From positions 107,518,804 to 107,582,803 of the forward strand of contig NC_068982.1 of assembly GCF_001194135.2 (NCBI RefSeq): a stretch of 64,000 bases of DNA, in the 5' to 3' direction. Source of the DNA: Octopus bimaculoides. Its lineage: Eukaryota. The position numbers and the translations under genes are program-made. Position 1 is the first letter of the stretch. Each line of letters starts with the position of its first letter. Below the pieces are notes generated by a model, which saw nothing but the letters and a program-made list of their open reading frames with translations, was not told the DNA's origin and did not search any database. This document shows, one piece after another, positions 39,674-52,776 of this stretch.

Positions 39674-41005
39674 GTAAGATGTTTGAAAAGCAGTTTTTAT
39701 GAAGATTGTATATATGTCTTAAAATGTTTTCTAAAAATTTACTCCCTGTCATATTGTTGAAAATGGTGCTCACACTTTTATTAATAATTAATTTATCTAG
39801 TAAGTTGACTGATGACTCTGTAATATATCAAATTTAGTAATTAGTAGTTAAAAATTCAGTTCATGTCAATGTAACCATTGATTTTTCTTTTCTGAACTTG
39901 AAAACATAGTTACATAAAACATGGAGTTATAGCTGTACATTGAACTTAATCACTAAACCTTAAAGGTATTTTGTTAAAGCTTAAACATTGTTTGCTGTCG
40001 TCTCTTTCTGCCTTTTCTACTGCTGCTACTGTCACCTCTGCTCCTTAGTAAGGCTGGTCTCAACTCATTCTCCTAACTCACTCATCTCCCTTCCTCTGAT
40101 CATTACCCATATTGTTTCTCCCTCCCCCAATTCCTACACTAATCATTGACCCAGTCTTTCCTAAAGTATCAACTTTCAGGAAGACCTTCCCTATTCATGA
40201 TTTTCTACATCCTTTAACTTGGAACTGCTGAGGAGGAATATAACTGCATGAGTCTTACTGGCTTGGAGAGCCTTCAGACCAATCCCAATAAAAAAAAAAA
40301 TTGATCAAAATAAACTTACTTCTTGCCTTTAAAATTGTGGCCTACATTACAGATGATACTGCAGTGCTATGCTTAAATAGTGTTATAAATTCATTTTATA
40401 TCAAGTAACTTTTTTAGTCTACTTCCCAGTTATTAATTTCTATTCCCTATTGCTACATAGAGAATTTTCTGACATTTCCAGGTCCTTTTCTCCTCCATGT
40501 TTAGCTTTAGGTGAGGCAGAATCTATGAAAAATGTTTAAACTTGTTTGTCTTGTTTCTATTTTAATCAATTAAGACAATAAATTGAAACAGTTACATCAG
40601 TGAATAACCATTTGAGTCATTTAAAGACATGCACAAAATCAGTGAAATTCACTTTCCATTTATTTCTTGAAGTGTCAAAATTTTTGTTGCACCACTGTTA
40701 CCTGGGTCCTGACACATTTCCACTATGACAGTGAGCAGATTGCAATAACTAGAAAAGTGAATTTAACAGTTTTGTGAATTTAATAGCTTTTCCATTAAGT
40801 AACTGCTTCAGTCTCAATACATGGCCTTAAGTCAAATCACTTGTCCGATAGGTAAAAGTCTGAATTATATTGAAATATTTCTTTATTATATTTCTTTATT
40901 ATTTTTTCTCCCTGACAAGAGTTATTTTTATGAATGAGAATATTGAAAACGTTGAATTATTTAAACTTGTAATTAATTATTTTTTTTTTTTTCTGATTTT
41001 GGCAG

Positions 41006-41221
41006 AATTGAAAAAACTGAAGTGGAAGTGGAAGTGGAGGTTGAGATTGATGATCCTCATCAGGATGCAGGACAGGTAACCTCCTTTTTGGACACACAGG
41101 AAGAAGAAGATGTGATTCTTGTCTGGGACAATGGTACTAAACAAAAATCTATCCGTGAGCTAGCTTATGAAAAAGCTGAATGCATTGACAATAATGACAG
41201 AGATATTCTAGAATACTACAG
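41006..41221 (+). CDS. ITPR: ITPR exon: IEKTEVEVEVEVEIDDPHQDAGQVTSFLDTQEEEDVILVWDNGTKQKSIRELAYEKAECIDNNDRDILEYY(R)
   Basis: Poly-T ...ttttggcag| acceptor, AG|gtaagt donor, 216 nt, phase 2 to 2. KSIRELA and DRDILEYYR match IP3R. Confidence 0.93.
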
Positions 41222-41927
41222 GTAAGTCTGGATTCCAATAACCAGACAAATATGACAATAAATGATCACCCACCCTCCTACCTTATGAAATAATCTAACT
41301 AAGAAGCCAACAAGGAAGCAATTTCTACATGACTTTTTGACATGCTATAAATAGCAAACTTCCCTTGAATCAGAACCCACCATTTTAGAGAATTGGAAGG
41401 ACACATTAGATAATGTAGTCCAAGATGCTGCTATAAAGTTGAAATAGTCATACCTGGAAAGCCTTTAACCAAAGGTCTGCTTGATCAGAGTTGATCTGGT
41501 GCTGAACAACAACATAGCCATACTATAACAGAGGACAAACCTAAAATATGTATTTTAAAACATCCTTCTAATTAATAGCAACTTCAAACCAGTCATTTAC
41601 ATATTTTCAGAATTAATATAAAATAATTAATATTATATGAAGAAATATTTTAGGTTCTTCAGAATGTTCATGATTAACAAATGTGCGAATTTTAACAAAT
41701 ATATATTTGTTAAAATTCATAATTTCTAGAATTTTTTTTATTGAGATGTAATTTTTATCATATACTCAAGGAAATAAGGTGGTAAATTCACAGAAACATA
41801 AAAGAATTGGATAAACTGCCTTATGGTATATTTTTTAGCCTCTTACATTGCAAGTTCATTTCCTGCTCAAGCCAACTTTGCCTTACTTTCTTAATAAAAA
41901 AAGCATGAGTCTAGAACAGTGGACTGG

Positions 41928-41972
41928 TGATATTATTATTATTACTATTATTATCATTATTATTATTATTAC

Positions 41973-42009
<37 letters not shown>

Positions 42010-42126
42010 TAGTTTTATTTTTATAACGTACTTTCACTTCACTACCGAGCGCAGCTCTGTGCGCCTTGGGTATGTGCTGTGGTTTGCTGTGGTGCTCTTA
42101 TGTTTACTGTATTGAAAGTGTTTTGC

Positions 42127-42175
<49 letters not shown>
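41928..42175. repeat. (ATT)n-type microsatellites flanking a short SINE-like piece
   Basis: Runs at about 41928-42004 and 42129-42175. Confidence 0.85.
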
Positions 42176-42176
<1 letters not shown>

Positions 42177-42892
42177 ACATCAGATAGCATACTTTGTGGT
42201 ATTTGTCCTGCTGCTTTGTATTCTGAGTTTAAATCCTGTTACAGTATAAACAATCGAGAAACTTAATTCATTGCCTAGTTAAACACCACAACCTGGATGA
42301 ACTTCAGATCCCTTTAACAGTCTTTTCTGTTGCAAGCATTCAGGCCAAGCCACCAGTTTAAGGACAGCTTCCTTCACTCCCCACAACCTGCCTCAGAGGC
42401 CTTGTAAAAGGTAGGAAGCCGTGGGTACTACCTTTCTTCCCAAATAAGCAATGAGAAAAAGAAATATGTCACCTTCAAAATTTTATCTCATAGTCATATT
42501 GTCAACTATTCCTTGTTAACCAAGTATTTTGTTTCTTTTTCTTTCTCATATTTTGAGTTAGGATTTTAGATGACCCAGAAAACTGAACCTTGCATGAAAT
42601 ATGCTTGCATAAGTATGCACTTGATAAACGAAGGTGGAAATAGTTGAAATTGTGATACTTTCCATCTTTGTTATTATCCTTTTCATTTTAGTCTGTTATT
42701 ATTCAAACACTTCTGCAATGATTGAGATGGTTTCATGCCATGGTTTGTGATCTGCTGTTTGTTCTCCCTAGGTTTTCAGGTCACTACTAGTCCTTTTAGT
42801 GGGCTATTTGAATTGATCTTTATAACATCACGAGAAACAATTACAGGATCTTTTGCCAGTGCTAAGTTGACTGCAAAGGATCTGTTGGAGAA

Positions 42893-43108
42893 AGGCTGCG
42901 AGCTGGCTGAAACGTTATCATGCCAAGCGAAATGCTTGGCAGCATTTCATCTATCTTCATGTTCTGAGTTCAAATTCCGCCTAGGTTGGCTTTGCCTTTC
43001 AACCTTTCGGGGTCGATAAATTAAGTACCAGTTGCATACTGGAGTCGATCTAATCGACTGGTCCCCTCCCCAAAAATTTCGGGCCTTGTGCCTAGAGTAG
43101 AAAATTAT
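42893..43108 (+). mobile_element. Well-preserved (ATT)n-family SINE
   Basis: ggctgcgagctggctgaaacgtta...ctgagttcaaattccgcc...gtcgataaattaagtaccagttg...aaaatttcgggccttgtgcctagagtagaaaa. Confidence 0.9.
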
Positions 43109-43429
43109 CTGGTGGAGAAGTCTGGTTTTACTCATATTATCTGCATTTTTATTTAAAAACAAATGCATGTTTCATTTTTAAAATGAGCGCCTTCATACTT
43201 TCATCATCCTTTTCATCACCCTGCTCAACACACAGTGTTGGAAACAATGGGATGTGATGTTAAGCTTTGGATTCAGATTTGACTCTGAGCATCCCTTACA
43301 GCTTAAATATTTGGGTGTAAGCAAGGTAATCCATTGAGGATGCTTTGAATCATATTTTAGTGTCAAAAGAAAAAGAAACTTTGGATAAAGTAGCTGGAAT
43401 ACATAATTTCCACTCCCTCCCCCAAAATA

Positions 43430-43678
43430 AACAAAAGTAATAATAATAATAATAATAATAATGTTAATAATGGTTTCAAATTTTGCCACAAGGGCAGCAT
43501 TTTGAGGAAGGAGGCAAGTCAATTACATCAACCCCAGTGTTCATCAGGTACTTAATTTATCCTGAAAGGATGAAAAACAAAGTCGACCTCAGCAGAATTT
43601 GAACACAGAACATAGCAACAGGTGAAATACTGCTAAGCATTTAGTCCAGCATGCTAAGAATTCTGCCAGCTTGCCACC

Positions 43679-43713
<35 letters not shown>

Positions 43714-43885
43714 CATAATAATAATATTTTCTGGTACTTAATTTATTGACTCTGAATGGATGAAAGGCAAAGTTGACCTCGACAGAATTTTAAACTCAGA
43801 ATGTAGCAGCAGACGAAATACCCTTAAGCATTTTGCCCGGCATGCTAACAATTCTGGCAGCTCAGCACCATAATAATAATCATAG

Positions 43886-43916
<31 letters not shown>

Positions 43917-44470
43917 AATCCTTTCTACTAAAGGCACAAGGCCTGAAATTTAGTGGGAGAGGGCAAGTCAATTACATTGACTTCAGTGTTACACTGGTAC
44001 TTAATTTATCAACCCCAAAAGGATGAAAGGCAAAGTTGACCTCAGTAGTATTTGAACTCAGAACAAAATGTCGCTACGCATTTTTCCCAGTGTGCTAATG
44101 ATTTTGCCAACTTGCCACCTTGATGGTGATGGTGGTGGTGGCAGTTGTTGTTGTTGTTTCAACTTTTGGCACAAGGTCAACAATCTCATGGGAGAGAGTA
44201 AGTCGATTACATTGACATAGTGCTCAACTGGCTCTTATTTCATCAACCCTGAAAGGATGAAACGCAAAGTGAAATCTTGCAATCAGAAGTCAGAAGTGCT
44301 GCTAAGCATTTTTTCCAGCAGAGTAATGATTCTGCCAGCTTGCTCCCTTAATAATGATAATAAAAACAGTAATGATAATAACCCCTTCTACCATAGGCAT
44401 AAATCCTGAAATTTTGGGGAAGGGGCTAGTTGATTACATTGTACCTGATGTTCAAGTGGTACTTAATAAG
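43430..44470 (-). mobile_element. Head-to-tail array of about 5 (ATT)n-family SINE copies on the minus strand
   Basis: Units at about 43470-43680, 43729-43870, 43919-44121, 44155-44349 and 44381-44465, separated by (AAT)n, (GGT)n or (GTT)n runs. Confidence 0.88.
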
Positions 44471-44661
44471 TCATCATGACAATTCCGTGTACTAAGTTTA
44501 CTTAGTAAACTGAATCTGTAACATAGTTTTGATTTTCTCTTTTTATATTATTGAAATAATTAAAGAAAAAGCTTAAACATTACAAATTTCTATGTAAACA
44601 AAATTATATTTTATTACATTTATTATAGTTATTTCAATTTTATCATATTTCTATTTCACAG

Positions 44662-44757
44662 GCACCAGTTAGATCTGTTTTCACACATGTGCCTGGACCG
44701 ACAATATTTGGCAATTGACAAACTTAGTACACAGCTTGATATTGAACTGATTCTGAA
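44662..44757 (+). CDS. ITPR: ITPR exon: [31 protein letters not shown](K)
   Basis: tttcacag| acceptor, AA|gtaagt donor, 96 nt, phase 2 to 2. Confidence 0.96.
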
Positions 44758-45137
44758 GTAAGTTTTATATTTAGGTTTCTTAACTATTGTAAATAATTAG
44801 ATGAAGGATTATATAATATTGTTATACAATATATTGTATTGCAATATCTGTTTCAACATCAAGAATCTTGCAAAACAAATACACAAATGATTAAATAATA
44901 ATTTTTGTAAAGATATATTCTGAAGATGATATTATGAAATAATATTCTCAAAGACAAAAATTTATTTATCAGTAATCTATATTGAGAGATGCAGTTATTG
45001 TGATGTAGGTAATATTATGTTGCATCCAAGATTCAAGCATAATGTTTTGTATAATGAATAGCCTGACTTGGAAGAACAAATGAAATGTATGTCAGAGTTT
45101 ATCCTTGTTTCCTTTGTATCTTACAATATTTCTTTAG

Positions 45138-45293
45138 GTGTATGGAGGATGAGATGCTGTCAAACGATATCAGAGCATCTTTTTGTCGTTTGATGCTACA
45201 CATGCATGTGGATCGAGACCCTCAAGAGAAAGTTACTCCAGTCAAATATGCCAGACTTTGGTCAGAAATTCCTCAAAAGATTCTGATTGAAGA
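45138..45293 (+). CDS. ITPR: ITPR exon: [51 protein letters not shown](D)
   Basis: ttctttag| acceptor, GA|gtgagt donor, 156 nt, phase 2 to 2. Confidence 0.98.
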
Positions 45294-46391
45294 GTGAGTA
45301 ATCTGAATTTAATTTCCAGTATTGCTTCTTTAAAAATATCTATCTCTGTATTAACCGGAATTTGTAGGCTAATAGATAAGATTAGAACTGAGATTACTTT
45401 GTTGTGAAGACCCAACATAGAATCATAATGATTTGAACCAACAAACATCATATGTCCTTTATCTTAGACAATGTAATGGCTTTGAACATACAGACTTAAG
45501 ATTTACATTGAAATTTTACATTTATGAGCAAAACATGTACAAATACTATTTCTCAAACCAACAGTTTTTGTAATACTAAAGAACATTGGTAAAATATCAT
45601 GGAATGATGTTAGATTTTTGAATATAAGATTCATGGCCCAGGTTTAATAAAAATATCATCAGTAGGTCTCTTTGTAATGTTGGAGAAAATTTCTGATAGT
45701 TAAAGAAACCTGAAAAGAACAAAAAAAACACCACTATTTATGCAAAACAGTGACAAGCTTCCAATGAACTCATGAAGTAGAAATTAATTGTTGCTTTCTT
45801 TAACAGTTGTATATTTATTTACTGTGCAGTATTCTTAGGTTCCAAGCAAGGCTGAGGAGAATTCTACTCACATGTCTGATTTTATTTTTAATAAAACATT
45901 AGTGACAGTAAATACATTATCCTTCATTGGAGTTGATTATGGTTTTCAGTAGTGCTTAAGGTCACTACTGTGTAGATGTTAACAAATTCCAGTTTCAGTT
46001 AAAATAGAAGAAATGAAATTACAAAAATATATCCTATAAATATAATCAAAAGACATGGACCTCAGTCGATTTGCTGCAATAAAATGTACTCGTTACATTC
46101 ATTTAAGTGTGGAGTTAGGAAGGCCCGTTATGTCATGAGAAAATGTACTCAGTGCAGTCTGGATAATACTTGTGTTGGGAAGGGTATTCAACCATAGAGA
46201 ACAAGGCAAAAATGAAACTAACAAGTGAGATGTGGTCTCTTGAGGTATCTACCGAGTACCAAGAAACATACCCAACCCATGCCAGCAGGGAAAGCGAATG
46301 TAAAACAATGACAATAATGATTACATTGATGACAAATATTTTTTCATTGATAATATTTCTGATGTAATTTACTTTTATTACATTTGATCAG

Positions 46392-46545
46392 TTATGAAAC
46401 ACTTCATAGTAAAGATATTGAAAAGGAAAAGGTTAAAAGCAGATTTGCATCAACCATGAAATTTGTAGAGGACTATTTATCTACAGTTGCTGCCGATACT
46501 AGTTGGTTACAGAAAGACAGATTCCAGAATGAACTTACTTACGAG
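46392..46545 (+). CDS. ITPR: ITPR exon: YETLHSKDIEKEKVKSRFASTMKFVEDYLSTVAADTSWLQKDRFQNELTYE
   Basis: tttgatcag| acceptor, GAG|gtaata donor, 154 nt, phase 2 to 0. The RF..TM.FVE.YL motif is present. Confidence 0.95.
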
Positions 46546-48202
46546 GTAATAATCAACTTGCTATAATTTTTTACAACTTTGTATTTATCTATTTGTTTAT
46601 TTATTTATTTTTGGAGGCTTTTTCTTTCTTCTCTTCCACCTTTACCCATTCAGGCATAATGCAGTGTTATTCATGGAGAGATTAATTAATACTACAGATT
46701 ATTATCTAATGTATTGTGTTTACTAAGTCTTTTTACATGAATTTTTTAAAATTTGATCTCTTCGGTCAAGAATATTCATTTATCTCACTGTCATAAACAC
46801 CATCATTCCTCCCACCACAACATGTGTGGATAGTGTAATAGACTGACTTGAGAAATATCTATTAAATATCAGAATAAATTAGGAAGTCTAATGATGTTTG
46901 CTTCTGATAGGATCCTATGGAGGGGATGCTTCGGTATTCTACACCTATGACCCACCCAGGAATAGTGGGCAGGAAAGATGGATGCACAGATGGATATCTG
47001 CATATATGCAAATATATGAATAAAAGAGGCATCAAATTGGCAGAATGGCTAGAGCATATGGCAAAAAGTGTTGCAGTATTTGTTCTAACTCTCTGTACTC
47101 TGAGTTCAATCCTGCTATGGTCAATTTTGCTTTTTATTTTTTCAGTGTTACTCAAATATATAATCAATCCAAGACAGTGATTAGTAGAACTGATAGAGAA
47201 TCAGGTGCCAGTATTTGTCACAACTCTTTGTATTCTGAGTTCTTGGATGGTAGACTTAATCTGACCATGTGTTTTAACACTACCACTTGGTACTTGAGGT
47301 CCTCTAGTCAAATGATGCCAGGTCTCTGGTTTAAAGATTTCTTCCTAAGAGTCTTGGAGGCCTTAGGGGTGGGGAACAGTCATGCATGCTCCCCTTCCAT
47401 TCTTGAGTAAGCAGTAAAAAACACAACTTTTCTTAAATTTTTCTGTTCATCTAAAAAGTAGTCCTAAATTAAAATGATACTGTTTGCTAGATTTGTTGAT
47501 TCTGAACTGATTATTATATTATTTATATATTTAATTTCTGTTGCACAATTGGTGTTAGTTGATATCCACAGTTTTACAATTACATTTATTAAAGTGACTG
47601 CTATTAACTAAGCCTTGTTGTTTTTCAACTCACTTCAGAGGGAAAAGGAAAATGCATCATAAGAAAACGATTTATTAGATTGTGTAGTTAATAAGTTCAC
47701 TTCACAACCACATGGACTTAGGTTCAATCCCTCTGAACAGTGTTTTAGGCAGTGTTTCTACTACTGTCTCAAGCTAACTAAAGTATTGTGTGTGTGTGTG
47801 TGTGTAGGTTGTCATTTCCTCTTCTCACATGAGATTGAGTGAAAAAATGGTGATGTTATGTTTACATTCCTAATAAACATTGATGTCCCATAACTCTGTG
47901 CTCTCAAAGTTGTGGATTAAAAAATTCCTTACTTGTAAAACAAGAGTTGGCAATTACAATCCAAATTCTACCAGCATAGAAAAATGAACATAAAACAGAT
48001 AAGCAAATTAACATGTTTTAGGCTTCCATGCAGTTTCTAAATACCATTAGTTCCAGAAAAGTTTTGTTTTTGCTTTATTGATGTCATTATGTTTATATTC
48101 CTAACAAAATAAAAGTAATCTAAGAAAAATTATTTAGCATGTTTGTATCTACCAAAAGTGATACTAGATCTGTTATTGAATTATTCATAATTCTTTCTCT
48201 AG

Positions 48203-48344
48203 GTTGTGAACTTGGCCAAACATCTGATCTACTTTGGATTTTACACATTCAGTGATTTGCTTCGTCTTACAAAGACATTACTAATTATACTTGATTGCAC
48301 TCCCAGTGAACAGAATGTTCGAATGAACAAACTACTTGTTGATG
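48203..48344 (+). CDS. ITPR: ITPR exon: [47 protein letters not shown]
   Basis: ttctttctctag| acceptor, G|gtaagt donor, 142 nt, phase 0 to 1. Confidence 0.97.
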
Positions 48345-49176
48345 GTAAGTATGTAGTGAAATATAGTTTTACAACGCCAAGTTGTATAGCCTTTTAAACA
48401 AAAATGTCATCTCACCTATTAATGTGTAGATAATCATAGTATCTCGAAAAATTTAATCTTCATGTACTGATTCAAAAGAGTGGTTTTCCTCTTCAAAGCC
48501 ATGGGAAATTTAAGTTCAACACCACTAACTTACAAAATATACATGCACCACTCTTGCTGGTTACACTTCCTAACAATTTCTGTTTTTAATGGACATTGAT
48601 TATTAAGCTTCTTAACTAAGAACACAATGTATTCCCAATCACAGGATACAAGATTTTAATCCTTTGACTCAACACCTTTGAGTTAAGCTTTGCTTTGTGC
48701 ATTCTTGAGATTCATGTAATGATTAACTTTTAACTTAAAATGGTTTAAACTCAGTTTGTTTTCTTGAATAGTACTAAAATCATACATCTTATATCTTGTT
48801 ATATGCTTAACATGTTTGGAAAAAAAAATGTCAGCTATGAAAGGTGCACTCTAGAAAATCATGAAATTGTTGAATAGAAGTATGTTATTTTGATTATAGG
48901 AAAATATTCCTTAAAAACTTACTGGCAAGATCCCATTAAGATCAAAATTATTTTACCATCTGTTTTGTGAATTATTTGTGAAACTAAATGAAATCAAAAC
49001 TGTTGTTACTTCATTCTTTATATATTATATTAATCAGAATTATCTTGACAAAGGGAGGTTTCTGATCGAATTGAGTTAGTTCTATATATTTCAATCTGAT
49101 TAAATTTGTTTATTTCTTTATTTTTCCCAAAGATGTAGTCTTCTCAATATATTTTACTAAAATGTTTTTGTTACAG

Positions 49177-49286
49177 AATCTGAAGACAAAAGCAGCCTTC
49201 CAGCTCATTTATTAACTAAGAAAAGTGTAGACAAAAACAGCACAATTATCATGGACACAAAATTAAAGATTATAACCATACTTCAG
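49177..49286 (+). CDS. ITPR: ITPR exon: (E)SEDKSSLPAHLLTKKSVDKNSTIIMDTKLKIITILQ
   Basis: tttgttacag| acceptor, CAG|gttgtt donor (weak), 110 nt, phase 1 to 0. The MDTKLKII motif is present. Confidence 0.92.
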
Positions 49287-51154
49287 GTTGTTTTTTAATG
49301 TTAATTTGACTAACTGATTTTAAATAATTTAAAATAATCTCTTACTAGAAAGTAGAATGTATTGTAAACTGTTAATTTAGGTAATGGACTGACAGAATTG
49401 TTAGAATGCCAGACAAAAGACCTTGCACCAGTTGTGGCACTTTATGTTTAGCATGAAAGGTAAAATGAACTTTGTCTTTCATCCTTCTGGGTTCAATAAA
49501 AATAAATTACAGGTATGAGTTGGCAGAGTTATTAGAACAACAAACAAAATTTCTTGTGGCTCTTATTCTGGTTCTCTGTATTATTTTGAGTTCAAATCCT
49601 GCCATGGCCTACTTTTGTTGTTGCCTGGTTTAATACCATTACTTGGTTCTTAGATGCCTTTAGCATAGCCCTCTGTTGCAAGCATTCAGAATAGGTTTCC
49701 AGTTTGAGGATACCTTCTCCTTCCTTTCCACTACTCTTAGAAGCTCTGTTAAGGATTGTAGGCTTTACCCTTCCTTCTAAGGGATAAGAAAAGTTCTGGG
49801 TTTGATGTAATTGACTATACTCTTCCCCAAAACATGTGCCTTTCTGGCTGTTAGAAATCAATATCAAATTGCAAGTTCAATTTTTTAATGGGTTTATTTA
49901 GCAATTCACTTAACTGTTCTCTCTTTTAAACTTTGAGCTCTCTTGTCATATTTTGTTTATTAATAATATAAAAAGAGAGACAGAGAGAATCCTAACTACA
50001 TTGGTAATATGCCTGCAACATTAATTGTGAGGAATATTCTGTGGATTAGTCTTGTATTCAAAGTCTTGTACATTTAAGTTGATTATTAACTTGTTATAGC
50101 AGTGTTCTAAAAATCATCAGTTTTATGTTAGTATTGCAATCCTCACTACTAATTTCTACCTACTTTAGCAATCCAGTGAATTCAAACTGATGGGGAACTT
50201 TTATGTAGTTGCACTTCCTGATAGAAACAGCAGCCAAATTTTCCTCATATTGTATTCTATTGTCTTAAACAAAAATGTAACCCTTAAATAATGTAACCCT
50301 TGAAATAGAATTTCCAAATAAGAGACAGGATAGTGATGACTGGAATGCCATTGATCAGAAGATCTGCAAGATCAGGACAAACATGGAGATGAGAACCATA
50401 ATAACTCTGCTGAATTGGTCTCTTTCTGTTCTTGACAATTCTGCTTTCAATGTGAAGAGCCTTTTCTATAGAACATTGATACTGGGACAAGAAATGAGGA
50501 GTATTTCTGCCAAGGTACTGATACTGTTCTACTGAATCTTGTTTTGGTTAGCCACATGTCAACTCTGATCAGCCAGACTTATGATCAAAGGTATTCCAGT
50601 CATCTAACCCATCTGTTATTAAGTAATATTATGTATCTAGGATTATATATATTTAGGTGACTGCAAGTAAGCAATCATTAGATCACCAGATAGATTTCAG
50701 GGTTAAGTCATAAATTACCAGTCTAGTACTGGAATCAGTTCTTCTGTCTCCTCACTTGCTCTCATTTTCACTCTGAAAGAAATCACTTGTGCTCAGACCT
50801 AGGAGAAAAGGACTCTGTCAGGTTTAAAATACCCAAGATAAGCAGTATGTCATTGCAGTACCCCTGTGTGTGTCACAACATTATCTCTATGACTTCATTA
50901 GGAGTTAAGGGCCTAAGAAAGGAAGGAAGAAGGACTACATTATCTCAGATATACTTTTTTTTAAGATAGTCACGTGAGTTTGAGGGTTGATTTACTGTTG
51001 TTTTTAGCAGGTTGAGTGACCACATTGATGCCTCCTTGATTGTAACAGTTGTAAATATTAGAGGCAGTGGATCACCATGTTCCCTTTATTGTTATTTCTA
51101 CCTGCAAGATAGCAAAAATCAGTCATTGCAAATTCTTTCCTGATTTTATTACAG

Positions 51155-51245
51155 TTTATTCTTCATGTACGCTTGGATTACAGAATCACTTGTTTGTTGA
51201 CCATATTCAAAAGGGAATTCCTGGAGAAAACTGATGGAACACAAG
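51155..51245 (+). CDS. ITPR: ITPR exon: FILHVRLDYRITCLLTIFKREFLEKTDGTQ
   Basis: ttttattacag| acceptor. The AAG|gtcttt donor is weak, but it is the only GT giving the phase 1 that the next exon requires. 91 nt. Confidence 0.88.
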
Positions 51246-52724
51246 GTCTTTTATATATTTATATTTTTCTTTACCCATTCAATTTTCTTAGTCTTATTTC
51301 TATTTTTCACATTTTGCTTTTGACTTCTTTAAGTTCCAGCATGGAGCGTAGACATTAATTGATTAGGACAATGACAATGATTTCTTTATAAGTTCGTTTT
51401 GACTAGAAATCTTGATTTTTTTTTTTTTAATATTAGTGCAGATACACAGAGACAGAAAACATTAAGAAAGGAAAAAATATGTGACTCCTAAGTCCAACAC
51501 ATCACTTTATAATATTTTTGTATACCTTCTTTCTTATTGTATACTATTTTTGTTCCCATTCAGCTTAAATATACATATGCATTTTGATCAATCAACGTGT
51601 AAAAATACAATACAACTTATATTAAGCATCAATGATATCACTTTTATTATAGAATATGTGTTCAGACTAATTTCTATATTTACGAAATGGTTCCTTATGT
51701 ATGGTTTCAGTTAAGTATATACCTAAGTTTAGTGTGTACTGACTGTTTATTGTACAGTAATTCATAGTCTCCACAGTTTATTGCCAGTCCAAGCCTTGTG
51801 AAAGGATTTTGGTAGATGGAAACTGAAAGTAGGTTATCATATATATGTGTGTATGTGTGTGTATTTTAGTCTCCTTGCCTTGACTTCATGTGGTAGTAGT
51901 AAATGAGTGTCACCATCTTGCAAGCAGTATCTAAATCCTGCCTTCGCCTATTTCATTTCCAGCCTTCTGTGAAAACTTGTCTGGTCTCTCACATAGAGAA
52001 AACAATTAGTCTTAATACATGGTATACTTAAAATTTAATAACAGCTGTTAGTAGAAGTTATTTTTAAATATTTTGAAAATCATGTCAGGATAGAACAAAT
52101 AAAGATGAGATTGAAAGTACCAAAATGTGTTGGTGCATTGATTTTATTGGCGGTGATTTTCAAAATGTTCATATTTTGGAGGAGACAGGCAAACAGACCT
52201 AAAGCAGATCTGGAGTAGAAAATGTATGTTACTAATGAGGTTGCAAATGGCGACAAAAGGACTCTGATGAACTTAGCTCATTGATTGACTCAACAATTAA
52301 TTAAGCAATCAATTAGTTTACTGGTTGACTAGTTGACAAATAATAATGAAAGAAGTGAAACAGAACCAGTGTGTGTGTATATTATTGGCATAATGACCCT
52401 CCCAAGATAAAAACAAAACCTTTTTCAACACTTAAGTTCACATCATGAGTCTTGCAAACCAAATACAAAAACATAAAATTTTGTACAACTGTATATATTT
52501 TAATTCTGTTTGTGAGATACTTGCTCTCTGACAAGCAACCAATTAGCCATAAAACATACAGGAAAAATATTTATCTGTGTGTAAAGAGAATACTAAAACG
52601 TATTTTGATGAGTTTGCTTTCCACAATGAAGGCATTGTAAACTAATCTAAATTTATCATAGATACCTTAATACATATGTTTTTGCATAAAATATTCTTTC
52701 TTTTTTTTTTCTTTTTTTTTTTAG

Positions 52725-52776
52725 CACTGGGTTTTGACAACGTAGCAGCTCAAGCGGAAGATGTCTTTGGTGGGAG
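52725..52776 (+). CDS. ITPR: ITPR exon: (A)LGFDNVAAQAEDVFGG(S)
   Basis: Poly-T ttag| acceptor, AG|gttaga donor, 52 nt, phase 1 to 2. Resembles vertebrate ALDFEHIEEQAEGIFGGS. Confidence 0.92.

Noticed and set aside
48480-48520. Possible 15-nt phase-1 exon (AMGNL) as the missing linker segment
   Set aside because: Very weak donor (ttaa|gttcaa) and no resemblance to the expected motif.
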